From contig CAWJJC010000010.1 of assembly GCA_963843145.1 (NCBI GenBank), positions 1 to 64,000 of the forward strand: 64,000 nucleotides of DNA. Direction: 5' to 3'. This document shows, piece by piece, positions 31,658 through 40,334 of this stretch (the first letter of the stretch is position 1; each line of letters begins with the position of its first letter). The DNA is from an uncultured delta proteobacterium (GTDB lineage: Bacteria; Desulfobacterota; RBG-13-43-22). The notes beneath the pieces are model-generated. The model worked only from the letters and a program-made list of their open reading frames with translations. It made no database searches and was not told where the DNA came from. Both the position numbers and the translations under genes were made by a program.

Positions 31658-33004
31658 TTAAGAACGGGGATTCCCCAAGTCAGGACCTCGGCGAATAATC
31701 CGGGCGGCGAAAAAAATAACCGTCAGCAACAACAGCAAATAAATAAAGGCGAACAGGAGCAAAGACCCGCCCACCGGCCAGGCCGGCAGCGGGCTGACCG
31801 CCTTACCGGTACGCAGCACCCCATAGATAATCCAGGGCTGCCGCCCCACCTCCCGGGTCACCCAACCGGCTTCCATAGCGACATAACTGAGTGGCAGGGC
31901 CGCCATCCAGGCCATCCAGAGCCCTCTTGGCGCAGACAGGGTCTCGGATTTCAGCCCGCCCCGGTACCAGACGAAAAGCGTGTACAGCATCAGCCCTAAG
32001 AGGCCGAACCCCAGGGCCACCATGATTCGGAAGCTGTAAAACGGGAGACCGATAGGGGGGCGGTCGGATTTCGGAAAATCTCGCAGGCCACGCACCTGTC
32101 CGGTCAGGGAATGGGTGTCCAACAGGCTGAGCAGATAAGGGATTTGAAGGGACCAGTGGTTTTCCTCTCGCGCCGGGTCGGGCCAGGCCAGAAGGTTCCA
32201 GGCCGCAGCGGTCCCCGGCGGGTTCGTCCGCCAGTGGGCCTCCATGGCCGCCAGCTTAGCCGGCTGATACCGTCCTACCGCGAGGCCCGAACCGTCTCCC
32301 AGGTAAATCTGCAGGGGGGTGAAGACGATAGCACCGATGACGGCCACCTTAAAGGATTTCAGGAAGAAATCGACCTGTCGGTTCCGGTGGAGTTGCCAGG
32401 CGCTGATCCCGCCGACCACGAACACCGTGATTTCCAGGCAGGCCACCCACATGTGGGAAACCCCCCAGGGCATGGACGGGTTAAAAATGGCCGCCCAACT
32501 GCTTTCCTGCAGGAAGCGCCCTTCTCGAAAAATCCCTCCGGCCGGCGTCTGCATCCAGGAGTTGGCGACCATGATCCACCAGGCCGACAGGGAGGAGCCT
32601 AGGGCCACCATGATGGTGGAGAACAGGTGCCAGCCGGGAGAGACCTTTTTCCAGCCCCAGATCATGATCCCCAGGAAGGAGGCCTCCAGCATGAAGGCCA
32701 TGGTGGCTTCAAATCCGAGAATATGCCCGAAAATATCGCCCCCGGCCCAAGAGAAAAAGCTCCAGTTGGTACCAAATTGAAATTCCAGGGGGAGGCCGGT
32801 GACCACCCCCACCGCAAAATTGAGAATGAACAGACGGGACCAGAACAGGGCCTGCTGATAATAAAGGGTGTTCTTGGTCTTCAAGTACAGGGCTTCCATC
32901 ACCACCAGGTACAAGCTCAGACCGATGGTCAGCACCGGCCATAAAATGTGAAACATGGCGGTGAAGGCGAATTGCAGGCGGGAGAAAAGGATCGCTTCGG
33001 TCAT
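31658..33004 (-). CDS. cydA: Cytochrome bd ubiquinol oxidase subunit I
   Basis: RLQFAFTAMFH, EFQFGTNW, NSWMQTP, QPAKLAAME, EVGRQPW. Confidence 0.96.
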   Translation of the reverse strand: MTEAILFSRLQFAFTAMFHILWPVLTIGLSLYLVVMEALYLKTKNTLYYQQALFWSRLFILNFAVGVVTGLPLEFQFGTNWSFFSWAGGDIFGHILGFEATMAFMLEASFLGIMIWGWKKVSPGWHLFSTIMVALGSSLSAWWIMVANSWMQTPAGGIFREGRFLQESSWAAIFNPSMPWGVSHMWVACLEITVFVVGGISAWQLHRNRQVDFFLKSFKVAVIGAIVFTPLQIYLGDGSGLAVGRYQPAKLAAMEAHWRTNPPGTAAAWNLLAWPDPAREENHWSLQIPYLLSLLDTHSLTGQVRGLRDFPKSDRPPIGLPFYSFRIMVALGFGLLGLMLYTLFVWYRGGLKSETLSAPRGLWMAWMAALPLSYVAMEAGWVTREVGRQPWIIYGVLRTGKAVSPLPAWPVGGSLLLFAFIYLLLLLTVIFFAARIIRRGPDLGNPRS

Positions 33005-33084
33005 GGTTGTCGCCTAATTAGTCTGGCAACTGAAGCCTATAGCCCCTTCCCTCTGCCCGGATCCACCAAAATCTTCCCTCCATC

Positions 33085-33693
33085 TTACTTACCTCCCTTG
33101 CCTTTATGCCCGCCATCATCCTTCTTATCTCCCTTGTCTTTATGCCCGGGAGGGCCCCCCTCCTGCCATTTATCGTGTTTTGGTTTACCCTTTTTATAGC
33201 CTTTATCCCGATATTTCGAGGGGGGTCCTTGGGGCCGCCAGTACTCTGTTCGCCAATCATGATCCCTGTCCCAGTATCTCTCCCTATCCCAGCGATCATG
33301 GTATTTTTTGAACTGCCCATAGGGAATGTGCCGCTGCCCCGGTGGTATACGCCGATAATCCGGAGGTAGATCGATCACGGCCCGGGGGACCCGGTGGGGC
33401 TCCACGAAAACCCAGGGTCCATTATAGGCACGGGCCCGGAACCAGTGGTCTTGGTACGGCCGATACCAGTATCCGCCGAAAAATAGAATATCGACATCGA
33501 TGGTCGGAGGGAAATACACATTAGTCCTGGGGATCGGTATCACGGGCGGCGGGACTCGGATCACCAACGGTGGCGGCAACGGAATGCCTATCCCGACGCT
33601 GACCTTCACCTCGGCGGGGGATGGCGCGACCGATGAGAGGATTGGGATAAAAATTGCCCCGATAAAGACAAGACCGATTTTCAATTTTTTCAT
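33085..33693 (-). CDS. Secreted Pro/Trp-rich hypothetical protein with low-complexity K/G/D tail
   Basis: Signal peptide, VSVGIGIPLPPP, FFGGYWYRPY..NGPW. Confidence 0.7.
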   Translation of the reverse strand: MKKLKIGLVFIGAIFIPILSSVAPSPAEVKVSVGIGIPLPPPLVIRVPPPVIPIPRTNVYFPPTIDVDILFFGGYWYRPYQDHWFRARAYNGPWVFVEPHRVPRAVIDLPPDYRRIPPGQRHIPYGQFKKYHDRWDRERYWDRDHDWRTEYWRPQGPPSKYRDKGYKKGKPKHDKWQEGGPPGHKDKGDKKDDGGHKGKGGK

Positions 33694-33783
33694 GGCTGGC
33701 CTCCACTCAACTGTCTGCTTTAGCCTTTTCATTTAATACTAAAACCTTAGGCTCCGATTGGACTGACTCAGGGGGATAACTCG

Positions 33784-34188
33784 TCATACCTTGTATTCCG
33801 TAAGCCAGAGATCGTGCAGATTACAAAAGCTGGTGGCCCAGAGAAGGCCCTGGAATCCCTCCGGCAACTGGTAGGAAGACTCGGCGGTATCGGCCGGGGT
33901 AAAAGTTTTCTCCCCCAGGACCTTTCCTTCCGGGGTTAGCAGGGTGTGTTTGACAATGAAGTGTTTCTCGGTCATGGGATGGGGGGTCACTATTTTTAAG
34001 CCCCTGCCCTTCACGGTTACCTGGGGGAGATGAAGTTTCTCTTTCCCGGCCCACCGCCCAAGAGACGCTTTCGTGTAGATAAGTCCGGCGGGAAATTGGG
34101 TAGCCGCTTCGGCGTCCAAGGCTTTTCCGGTTGCGGCCAGGGCGGCCAGCGCCAGGGAAGTCTTCAAAAATTCTCTTCTTTCTTTCAT
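33784..34188 (-). CDS. Tat-exported desulfoferrodoxin / superoxide reductase-like protein
   Basis: ERREFLK twin-arginine signal; KLHLP, HPMTEKHFI, CNLHDLW iron ligands. Confidence 0.85.
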   Translation of the reverse strand: MKERREFLKTSLALAALAATGKALDAEAATQFPAGLIYTKASLGRWAGKEKLHLPQVTVKGRGLKIVTPHPMTEKHFIVKHTLLTPEGKVLGEKTFTPADTAESSYQLPEGFQGLLWATSFCNLHDLWLTEYKV

Positions 34189-34346
34189 GACTGTGCTCCT
34201 TTCTGGTTGGTTGAAAAAGGGCCCTTACCCCCACACAGGGAAGAGAGAAAAATGTTGTGGTGTCAGGCTACCGGGAAGTTGCTTCCAAACCCCAAGCGGG
34301 TCACCGAAAGCTTTATCCCGGAATGTTTATTTTAGTTGAATTCCAT

Positions 34347-35792
34347 TTACGGGATCGGCCCGACAACCACGGTTCCGGTATTTCCGGATCGATGGTCCAG
34401 GGCTAAAAGGGTAACCTTGGAATTCGGTTTTAAAGCCTCCATCATTTGGATAAAACCGTCCACCCCCTCCACCGCCTGTTGATCGACAGCCAGGATGATG
34501 TCTCCCAGCTCAAAACCGGCTTTTTTCAAAGGCCCCCGATCTTCCAGAAGGGTGATGATTACCCCTCGGCCGGCCTCGAGGCCGTAATGCTCCGCTTCCT
34601 GCTTAGAGAGAGACCGCACCTCGGCGCCAATCCGCTGCTTTATGGCGGCCAGATACATTTTCGTCGAAGATTCCAAATTTCCGATTTTGACCGTCACCTG
34701 CAGCCGCTGACCTTTGCGCTCGAAAACGATCTTAACTTCGCGACCGATCGGGGTATCGGCGACTTCATTTCGCAGCGCCCCGGAGTTGGGGACCGCCCGG
34801 CCGTCGAACTCCAGGATGACGTCGTCTTTCTTCAAACCGGCCCTTTCGGCCGGCCCGTTCTTCAAAACCTCAACAATCAGCGCTCCTTTTTCCCTAGCCC
34901 TTTGAAAGGAATTGGTCGTCGGAGGCGTGACATCCCGGGTGGTGACTCCCAGCCACCCCCGTTCCACCTTCCCGTGGGCCATGATGGCCTGGGCCACATG
35001 AACGGCTATGTTGCTTGGGATAGTGAATCCGATCCCTTCGAACCCGCCGGATTCCGAAGCGATGGCGGCATTGATGCCCACCACTTCTCCTTTAAGCGTC
35101 AGCAGCGGGCCGCCGCTGTTGCCTGGGTTTATGGCCGCGTCAGTCTGCATGAAATCCTGGTAACTGCTGGGGTCGGTGATCCCGCGACGATGTTTGGCAC
35201 TGATAATCCCCTGGGTAACGCTCTGATCGAGCCCGCGGGGATGACCGATCGCCACTACCCACTGTCCCACCTCCACCTTGTCGGAATCGCCGAAGGTGAC
35301 ATGAGGAAAAGGTTCCTTCGCGGAAATATGGATTACCGCCAGATCGGTTTTGGGGTCGCTCCCTACCAATTTTCCGGGAAAACGGCGTCCGTCGGACAGA
35401 AGGACCTCGATTTTGGTGGCCCCTCCGACCACATGGTGGTTGGTCAGAATATGGCCCTGGGAATCGATAAGCATCCCCGAGCCCAATCCCCGCAATTCCC
35501 TTTTGAATTTCTTGGGCATCTTGGGAATATTGAAAAAATGCCGAAAAAAAGGATCGCTCCCGAAAGGCGCCATGGGGTTTTCAACTTCCTGCCTTTCGGT
35601 CACTTCAATGTGAACGACCGCCGGAATGTTCATTTTAGCCACCTGGATGATCGCGGTGGACAAATCCAGCGGGACTTTTCCGGTTTCGGCCCCGACAGCA
35701 CAGTGAACCGCACCTGGTAAGAATAGCAGATTGAGCCAGAAAAGAATTAAGCCTCCCCTGACGGACAACCGACACCTATTTTGCAGTTCCAT
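34347..35792 (-). CDS. degP: DegP/HtrA (Do family) serine protease with two PDZ domains
   Basis: TNHHVV, DLAVI, QTDAAINPGNSGG. Confidence 0.93.
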   Translation of the reverse strand: MELQNRCRLSVRGGLILFWLNLLFLPGAVHCAVGAETGKVPLDLSTAIIQVAKMNIPAVVHIEVTERQEVENPMAPFGSDPFFRHFFNIPKMPKKFKRELRGLGSGMLIDSQGHILTNHHVVGGATKIEVLLSDGRRFPGKLVGSDPKTDLAVIHISAKEPFPHVTFGDSDKVEVGQWVVAIGHPRGLDQSVTQGIISAKHRRGITDPSSYQDFMQTDAAINPGNSGGPLLTLKGEVVGINAAIASESGGFEGIGFTIPSNIAVHVAQAIMAHGKVERGWLGVTTRDVTPPTTNSFQRAREKGALIVEVLKNGPAERAGLKKDDVILEFDGRAVPNSGALRNEVADTPIGREVKIVFERKGQRLQVTVKIGNLESSTKMYLAAIKQRIGAEVRSLSKQEAEHYGLEAGRGVIITLLEDRGPLKKAGFELGDIILAVDQQAVEGVDGFIQMMEALKPNSKVTLLALDHRSGNTGTVVVGPIP

Positions 35793-35880
35793 ACCCCCCC
35801 CTGCGTGAATATTTTCAGCTTTTATAAAAATTTCCTGTTCCCTTCTAGCTCTTTAAACCAGCCAAATCCTGGAGGCCGGG

Positions 35881-37221
35881 CTACTCCATCCCCGCTTCCT
35901 TCAGATTCCCGACAATCACCCGGATCGCCTGCTCGGGATGGAGGTAGGTTTGCGCCACCCGGAGAACGTCCTCCCGGGTGATCGATTGAATCAGTTTCGG
36001 GTATTTTTCCGGATAGTCGAGGCCGAGGCCGAAGTACTCGACCTGAGCAAGAAAACCCGCAAGTTTTCCCTGGGTGTCGAAACGCATCGGGAAACTCCCG
36101 ATGAGGTATTTCTGGGCTCGCTGGAGGTCATCCGGAGAGACCGCTTCCTTCCGGATTCGCTTCAGTCCCTCGAAAACCAATTTCAGGGCTTCTGAGGCCG
36201 AAGCATTTTTGGTTTGCAGGACCACTTGAAAAGAGCCCTGGTACTTGCGGCTGTCAAAGAAGCTGGCCACGGAATAGGCCAGTCCCCGTTTCACCCGGAT
36301 TTCCTCCATCAGCCTGGAACCAAAGCCCCCGCCGCCTAAAATATAGTTCATGACCGTCAAGGCGTAGTAATCGGGGTTGGTCCGCTCCACTCCCGGCCCT
36401 CCGATAATGATGCTGGCTTGGGTCACCTCGCGGTTGATGCGTTTGGTTTCAGGACCCGGCTGAAACGTCGGCGTAAAAGGCTGAGGTCTGATCTCCTTGG
36501 CCTCCCAGGAGGTCAGGAGCGGAACCAGTCGGGTGTTCACCTCTTCCGGACTGATATCTCCGACAACGGCCAAGATGGCGTTGTTGGGATGATGCCATTT
36601 CCGGAAGAAATCCAGGACCCTTTCCCGGGTCAATTTCCCCACGGATTCTTTTGTTCCTTCCACCGGATGGCCGTAGGGATGGTTCCCAAAGAGGGCCTGG
36701 CGAAAGGCTTTTTCGGCCAACGTCTCGGGATCTTCTTCAGCCGCCTGGATGCTCCCCAGAATCTTCTTTATTTCCTTGTGCAGTTCCTCCTCCGGGAAAG
36801 CGGGCCGGGTAAGGGCCTCCAGAAAAAGGCCGAAGGCCTGGTCCAGGTCCTTTTTCAGAAAGCGGAGACTGACGACCGCATAGTCGGCGGACGCCGAGGC
36901 CCCCAGGGAAGCGCCCAGGAAGTCCAGGGTCTGGTTAAAAGCCGTCGCCGACTGACGGGTAGTGCCGAGTAGAAGTCCTTTGGCCGTGAGATAAGCCAGC
37001 CCTTCCTGCCCGGCGGGATCACGCCGCGAGCCGGCATCCAGTAACAATTGGATGGTGACAAAAGGAAGGGAGTGGTCTTCGGAGACGAGCAGGACCAGCT
37101 TGTTGGGCAGTTGCTCCCTATGGACTACAGGCCGGGCCACCGCGTCAGACAAACCCACCCCTGCTATCCAACCCCAGAGAACAGCCGATAAAACGAATAC
37201 GCTGAATGGAAATCGTGTCAT
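35881..37221 (-). CDS. M16 family peptidase, non-catalytic subunit
   Basis: M16 fold without HxxEH (GLAYLT); SRL...R..RGLAY. Confidence 0.9.
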   Translation of the reverse strand: MTRFPFSVFVLSAVLWGWIAGVGLSDAVARPVVHREQLPNKLVLLVSEDHSLPFVTIQLLLDAGSRRDPAGQEGLAYLTAKGLLLGTTRQSATAFNQTLDFLGASLGASASADYAVVSLRFLKKDLDQAFGLFLEALTRPAFPEEELHKEIKKILGSIQAAEEDPETLAEKAFRQALFGNHPYGHPVEGTKESVGKLTRERVLDFFRKWHHPNNAILAVVGDISPEEVNTRLVPLLTSWEAKEIRPQPFTPTFQPGPETKRINREVTQASIIIGGPGVERTNPDYYALTVMNYILGGGGFGSRLMEEIRVKRGLAYSVASFFDSRKYQGSFQVVLQTKNASASEALKLVFEGLKRIRKEAVSPDDLQRAQKYLIGSFPMRFDTQGKLAGFLAQVEYFGLGLDYPEKYPKLIQSITREDVLRVAQTYLHPEQAIRVIVGNLKEAGME

Positions 37222-37232
37222 TATTGAAAACC

Positions 37233-38630
37233 TTAGCGGATGATTCGGCCGGCACCGGAGGGAACCGACGGTAAAGGTTTGCCTTCCTGAGGCGGCAGGG
37301 GGTTGAGGATTCCCACCGTCCGATTCCGGGGAATCAGATATTGGCCGGCCACCCGCTGAATATCCGCCGGCGTCACCTTTCGGATGGAGGGCAGGTAGTC
37401 GTCCGCCGACCGCCAGCCCGAAACGATTTCACACTGGGCCAGGAGCATGGCCTGGGCGAACAAAGAATCCTGGCCATAAATGAAGGCGGCCTCCAATTGA
37501 TTTTTGGCCTTCTCCAGTTCCGCCTCGGTGACGGGTTCCTTCTGGAGGCGGTCCAGTTCCTGGTCGAGGGCTTTTTCCAGTTCATCGGCCGTGTGCCCCG
37601 GAAGCGGCTGGGCCGAAAGGGAAAAGAGCTGGGGGTCCCGGGAAAGCAGGGCGTTATCCGCATCGACGCTCAAGGCCAACTGTTTTTCCCGAACCAGGCT
37701 TTGATAGAGCCGTGAGCTTTTTCCGCCGGCCAGCACCGCCGCAATGACTTCCAGCACGTAGCCGTCCGGACTGTGGAGGTTGGGCACGTGATAGCCCATC
37801 AGGAGGTAGGGAAGTTCGGCCTGCCGGCTCACCGTTATTCTCCGCTCGCCGCTCTGGGGCGGGTCAAGGTCCTTATTTGGGCTGGGGGTCTCCCGCCGGG
37901 GAATGGATCCGAAAGCCGCCTGGATCCGGGGCAGGATCTCCTCTTTTCGAAAGTCCCCCACGACCACCAGAAAGGCATTGGCCGGGTTGTAATAGGTCCG
38001 GTAATGGGACTGGAGGTCCTCCAGGGTATAGCCTTCAATATCCTGCTTCCAACCGATGGTCGGCCAGTGATAAGGAGACGTCTGAAAGGCTGTGGCCTCT
38101 AATTGTTCGGCTAGGTAGGCCTGAGGACTGTCTTCGGTGCGCATACGCCGTTCTTCCAGCACGACCATCCTTTCCGTTCGGAAATCCTCCTCCCGGAGCA
38201 TCAGATTTTGCATCCGGTCGGATTCCAGATCAATCAGCACCGGCAAGCGGTCGGAACGCATATTTTCAAAATAGGCCGTAAAGTCGCTCGAGGTAAAGGC
38301 ATTCTGCTGGCCCCCGTTCTCCTCGATGGTCCGGTCGAACTGTTTACCACTCACCCGGCGGGTGCCTTTGAACATCATGTGCTCCAGCATATGAGAAAGT
38401 CCGGTCTTGCCCCAGGATTCATTCCGGGACCCGACCCGATACCAGACCTGAAAGGTGACTTCGGGAACCTTCGGGTTTTCCAGAAGGATCACCTTCAGGC
38501 CGTTGGGCAGCACCTGCTCCACCACCCGATCGGCCAGAGTGGTCGAAAAAGCCGGAGCGGAAACCAGAAACAGCAGCGATAAAAGAAATAGGTTTACCCC
38601 AAGAACCAATCGTCTGATCTGCAAGGACAA
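37233..38630 (-). CDS. M16 family zinc peptidase, catalytic subunit
   Basis: HMLEHMMFKGT, NAFTS, EERRMR. Confidence 0.93.
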   Translation of the reverse strand: MSLQIRRLVLGVNLFLLSLLFLVSAPAFSTTLADRVVEQVLPNGLKVILLENPKVPEVTFQVWYRVGSRNESWGKTGLSHMLEHMMFKGTRRVSGKQFDRTIEENGGQQNAFTSSDFTAYFENMRSDRLPVLIDLESDRMQNLMLREEDFRTERMVVLEERRMRTEDSPQAYLAEQLEATAFQTSPYHWPTIGWKQDIEGYTLEDLQSHYRTYYNPANAFLVVVGDFRKEEILPRIQAAFGSIPRRETPSPNKDLDPPQSGERRITVSRQAELPYLLMGYHVPNLHSPDGYVLEVIAAVLAGGKSSRLYQSLVREKQLALSVDADNALLSRDPQLFSLSAQPLPGHTADELEKALDQELDRLQKEPVTEAELEKAKNQLEAAFIYGQDSLFAQAMLLAQCEIVSGWRSADDYLPSIRKVTPADIQRVAGQYLIPRNRTVGILNPLPPQEGKPLPSVPSGAGRIIR

Positions 38631-39001
38631 CCTCCTCGTCCGATAAGGATTACCATTTATTCCCTGGGTGCTTCCAGGGGGGATTCGCCTGATTCAGAAA
38701 GCTATCATACCATAACTTCCTCTGGGTATCGGAACTTTTTGACGGGGGAAACGCCTGTCGGGACTGTTTCGGTTTTCATGCCCGGGAAGGGGCGTTGGAA
38801 CCCTCTCAGGATTCGACAGATTACCAGAGTACGGCGGGGGAGTTAAATAGCGGAAAACCATTATTTTTGGGATGGAAACCCATTATTTTTAGTGGTCGGG
38901 GACCTCGGACCCGAAAAAGCGTCGACTTAGAGGAAAATAACGGCAGGAGATAGGGAGAGAAAAACCGCTTCGACGCTGCCTGCCGTTCAGGTGCGCCGCC
39001 C

Positions 39002-39565
39002 TTACCTGACCGCCGCGGGGGGTCTTCGTAAACGCTCAAGTTCACTCTCGGCGGCAAACAGGTCATCGCGCAGTGATTCGCGGCGACGGTCAAGGTCGCG
39101 TATCTCACTGCGTAACTCGTTGCGCCGCGAATCGGAGGTTTTCTTTTCGCGCAGTTCGGATTCTTTGCGCGAGATCTCGTCCAGATTGTTGTTGATGCGG
39201 CGCTTCAGCGAATTGATTTCGTAAGCAGCCTGGTAGATGCCCTTGAACCTTGCGTCACAGACGTCCGCGTAGGAATGGCCCGCCAACCCCTCCCGTACGG
39301 CGTTCTCGGGCTGACAATAGTCGGATAGCCCCAACCGGCGTCCCTGCAAATAGCGCTTTTCGTCCGGGACGACCTTCACGCCGGCGCAGGCGTCACGGTG
39401 CCGAACGAGTCGATCCGCCGCATAGCCGGTGCGGCCGTCCTTGATCCCTAACTCGTACCAGTCGACCTTCGCACACTGGTCCTCCGGAATCGTGGCGCAA
39501 CCGCCCAACAACCCCACACACACCGCCAAGACGACGAGACAACGCAAAAGGTTGATGTTTTCCAA
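39002..39565 (-). CDS. DUF2799 lipoprotein
   Basis: Lipobox LGGC, C...DWYELGIKDG, YC.PEN...G, coiled-coil tail. Confidence 0.85.
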   Translation of the reverse strand: MENINLLRCLVVLAVCVGLLGGCATIPEDQCAKVDWYELGIKDGRTGYAADRLVRHRDACAGVKVVPDEKRYLQGRRLGLSDYCQPENAVREGLAGHSYADVCDARFKGIYQAAYEINSLKRRINNNLDEISRKESELREKKTSDSRRNELRSEIRDLDRRRESLRDDLFAAESELERLRRPPAAVR

Positions 39566-39583
39566 TTGAAAGATAGGGTTACA

Positions 39584-40204
39584 TCATGAATGAGGCATGC
39601 GGTATACCGCGCCGCCTTCACCAGGTTGTTGAAGTCGCATCCTTGGCTTGTTTGTTTGGTCTGATGAGCATACGTAAACCCTTGCTCTGGGGAAGTCTTT
39701 CAGGTTCAGACGATGAGCGATCAGACATATGACCTGGCAGTGGGATCCATTGAGAAGGTCCACGGCTGAGATGAATTGGGAAGTATCCAATGCGGCTGTA
39801 ACCTCATTCTCAACGAGAACGGCAGCACCTGTGGTGGCCGCTTCAAGATGGGAGCGAAGAAGCCTAAGCATGAATTGCCCGCGAGATTCATAGCTTCCTG
39901 GCTCTAATTGAACATCATCAAGGGAACCAAGGCGGACGCTGACAGTCGGCGACATAAATTCGACAGAGATTTTTCCGTCTAAGAAACCGGTTGTAACTGA
40001 TAGTGGATGTTCTATCCTCGTTGAGGAAAACAAGGCTTGAAGAATAGCTCTGAAGATTGTGGTTTTCCCCCAAGCGGGGGATTCCTCCGTGATTATGTTT
40101 AGCCCAGGAATAAACTCCAGATTGAGTTGCTCCCAGCAACCGACATGCAAGAGGTCAACACGTCGTAATGCCGGCACAATTTCAATGGATCTCGTTAGGC
40201 GCAC
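39584..40204 (-). CDS. Cassette-borne hypothetical protein resembling a minimal SbcC/SMC-type ATPase head
   Basis: GTG start at 40204 behind GAGG, just after an attC; LEFIPGLNIIT..GKTTIFRAI, S.GQ, VLVENE..ALD and IAH are degenerate Walker A/signature/Walker B/H-loop. Confidence 0.55.
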   Translation of the reverse strand: MRLTRSIEIVPALRRVDLLHVGCWEQLNLEFIPGLNIITEESPAWGKTTIFRAILQALFSSTRIEHPLSVTTGFLDGKISVEFMSPTVSVRLGSLDDVQLEPGSYESRGQFMLRLLRSHLEAATTGAAVLVENEVTAALDTSQFISAVDLLNGSHCQVICLIAHRLNLKDFPRARVYVCSSDQTNKPRMRLQQPGEGGAVYRMPHS

Positions 40205-40215
40205 TCTATCCTCGA

Positions 40216-40278
40216 CTTCAACACTAAGTTCACCGGGAGCCAGATTTTTGGTCAATCCGGTGGATCTTCGGGTTCGCC
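40216..40278 (-). other. attC-like integron cassette recombination site
   Basis: Minus strand GGCGAAC..ATCCACCGG..CCCGGTGAAC..GTTGAAG, 63 bp imperfect palindrome. Confidence 0.65.
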
Positions 40279-40334
40279 GCCTTCTACAAAATCAAACAAA
40301 ATCATATAATTGATAAAAAAAATTGATTACCCAA

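Noticed and set aside
34446-35720. 424-aa plus-strand ORF (and similar long ORFs at 3427, 4519, 13322)
   Set aside because: Antisense shadows of well-supported genes in GC-rich DNA, with no recognisable motifs
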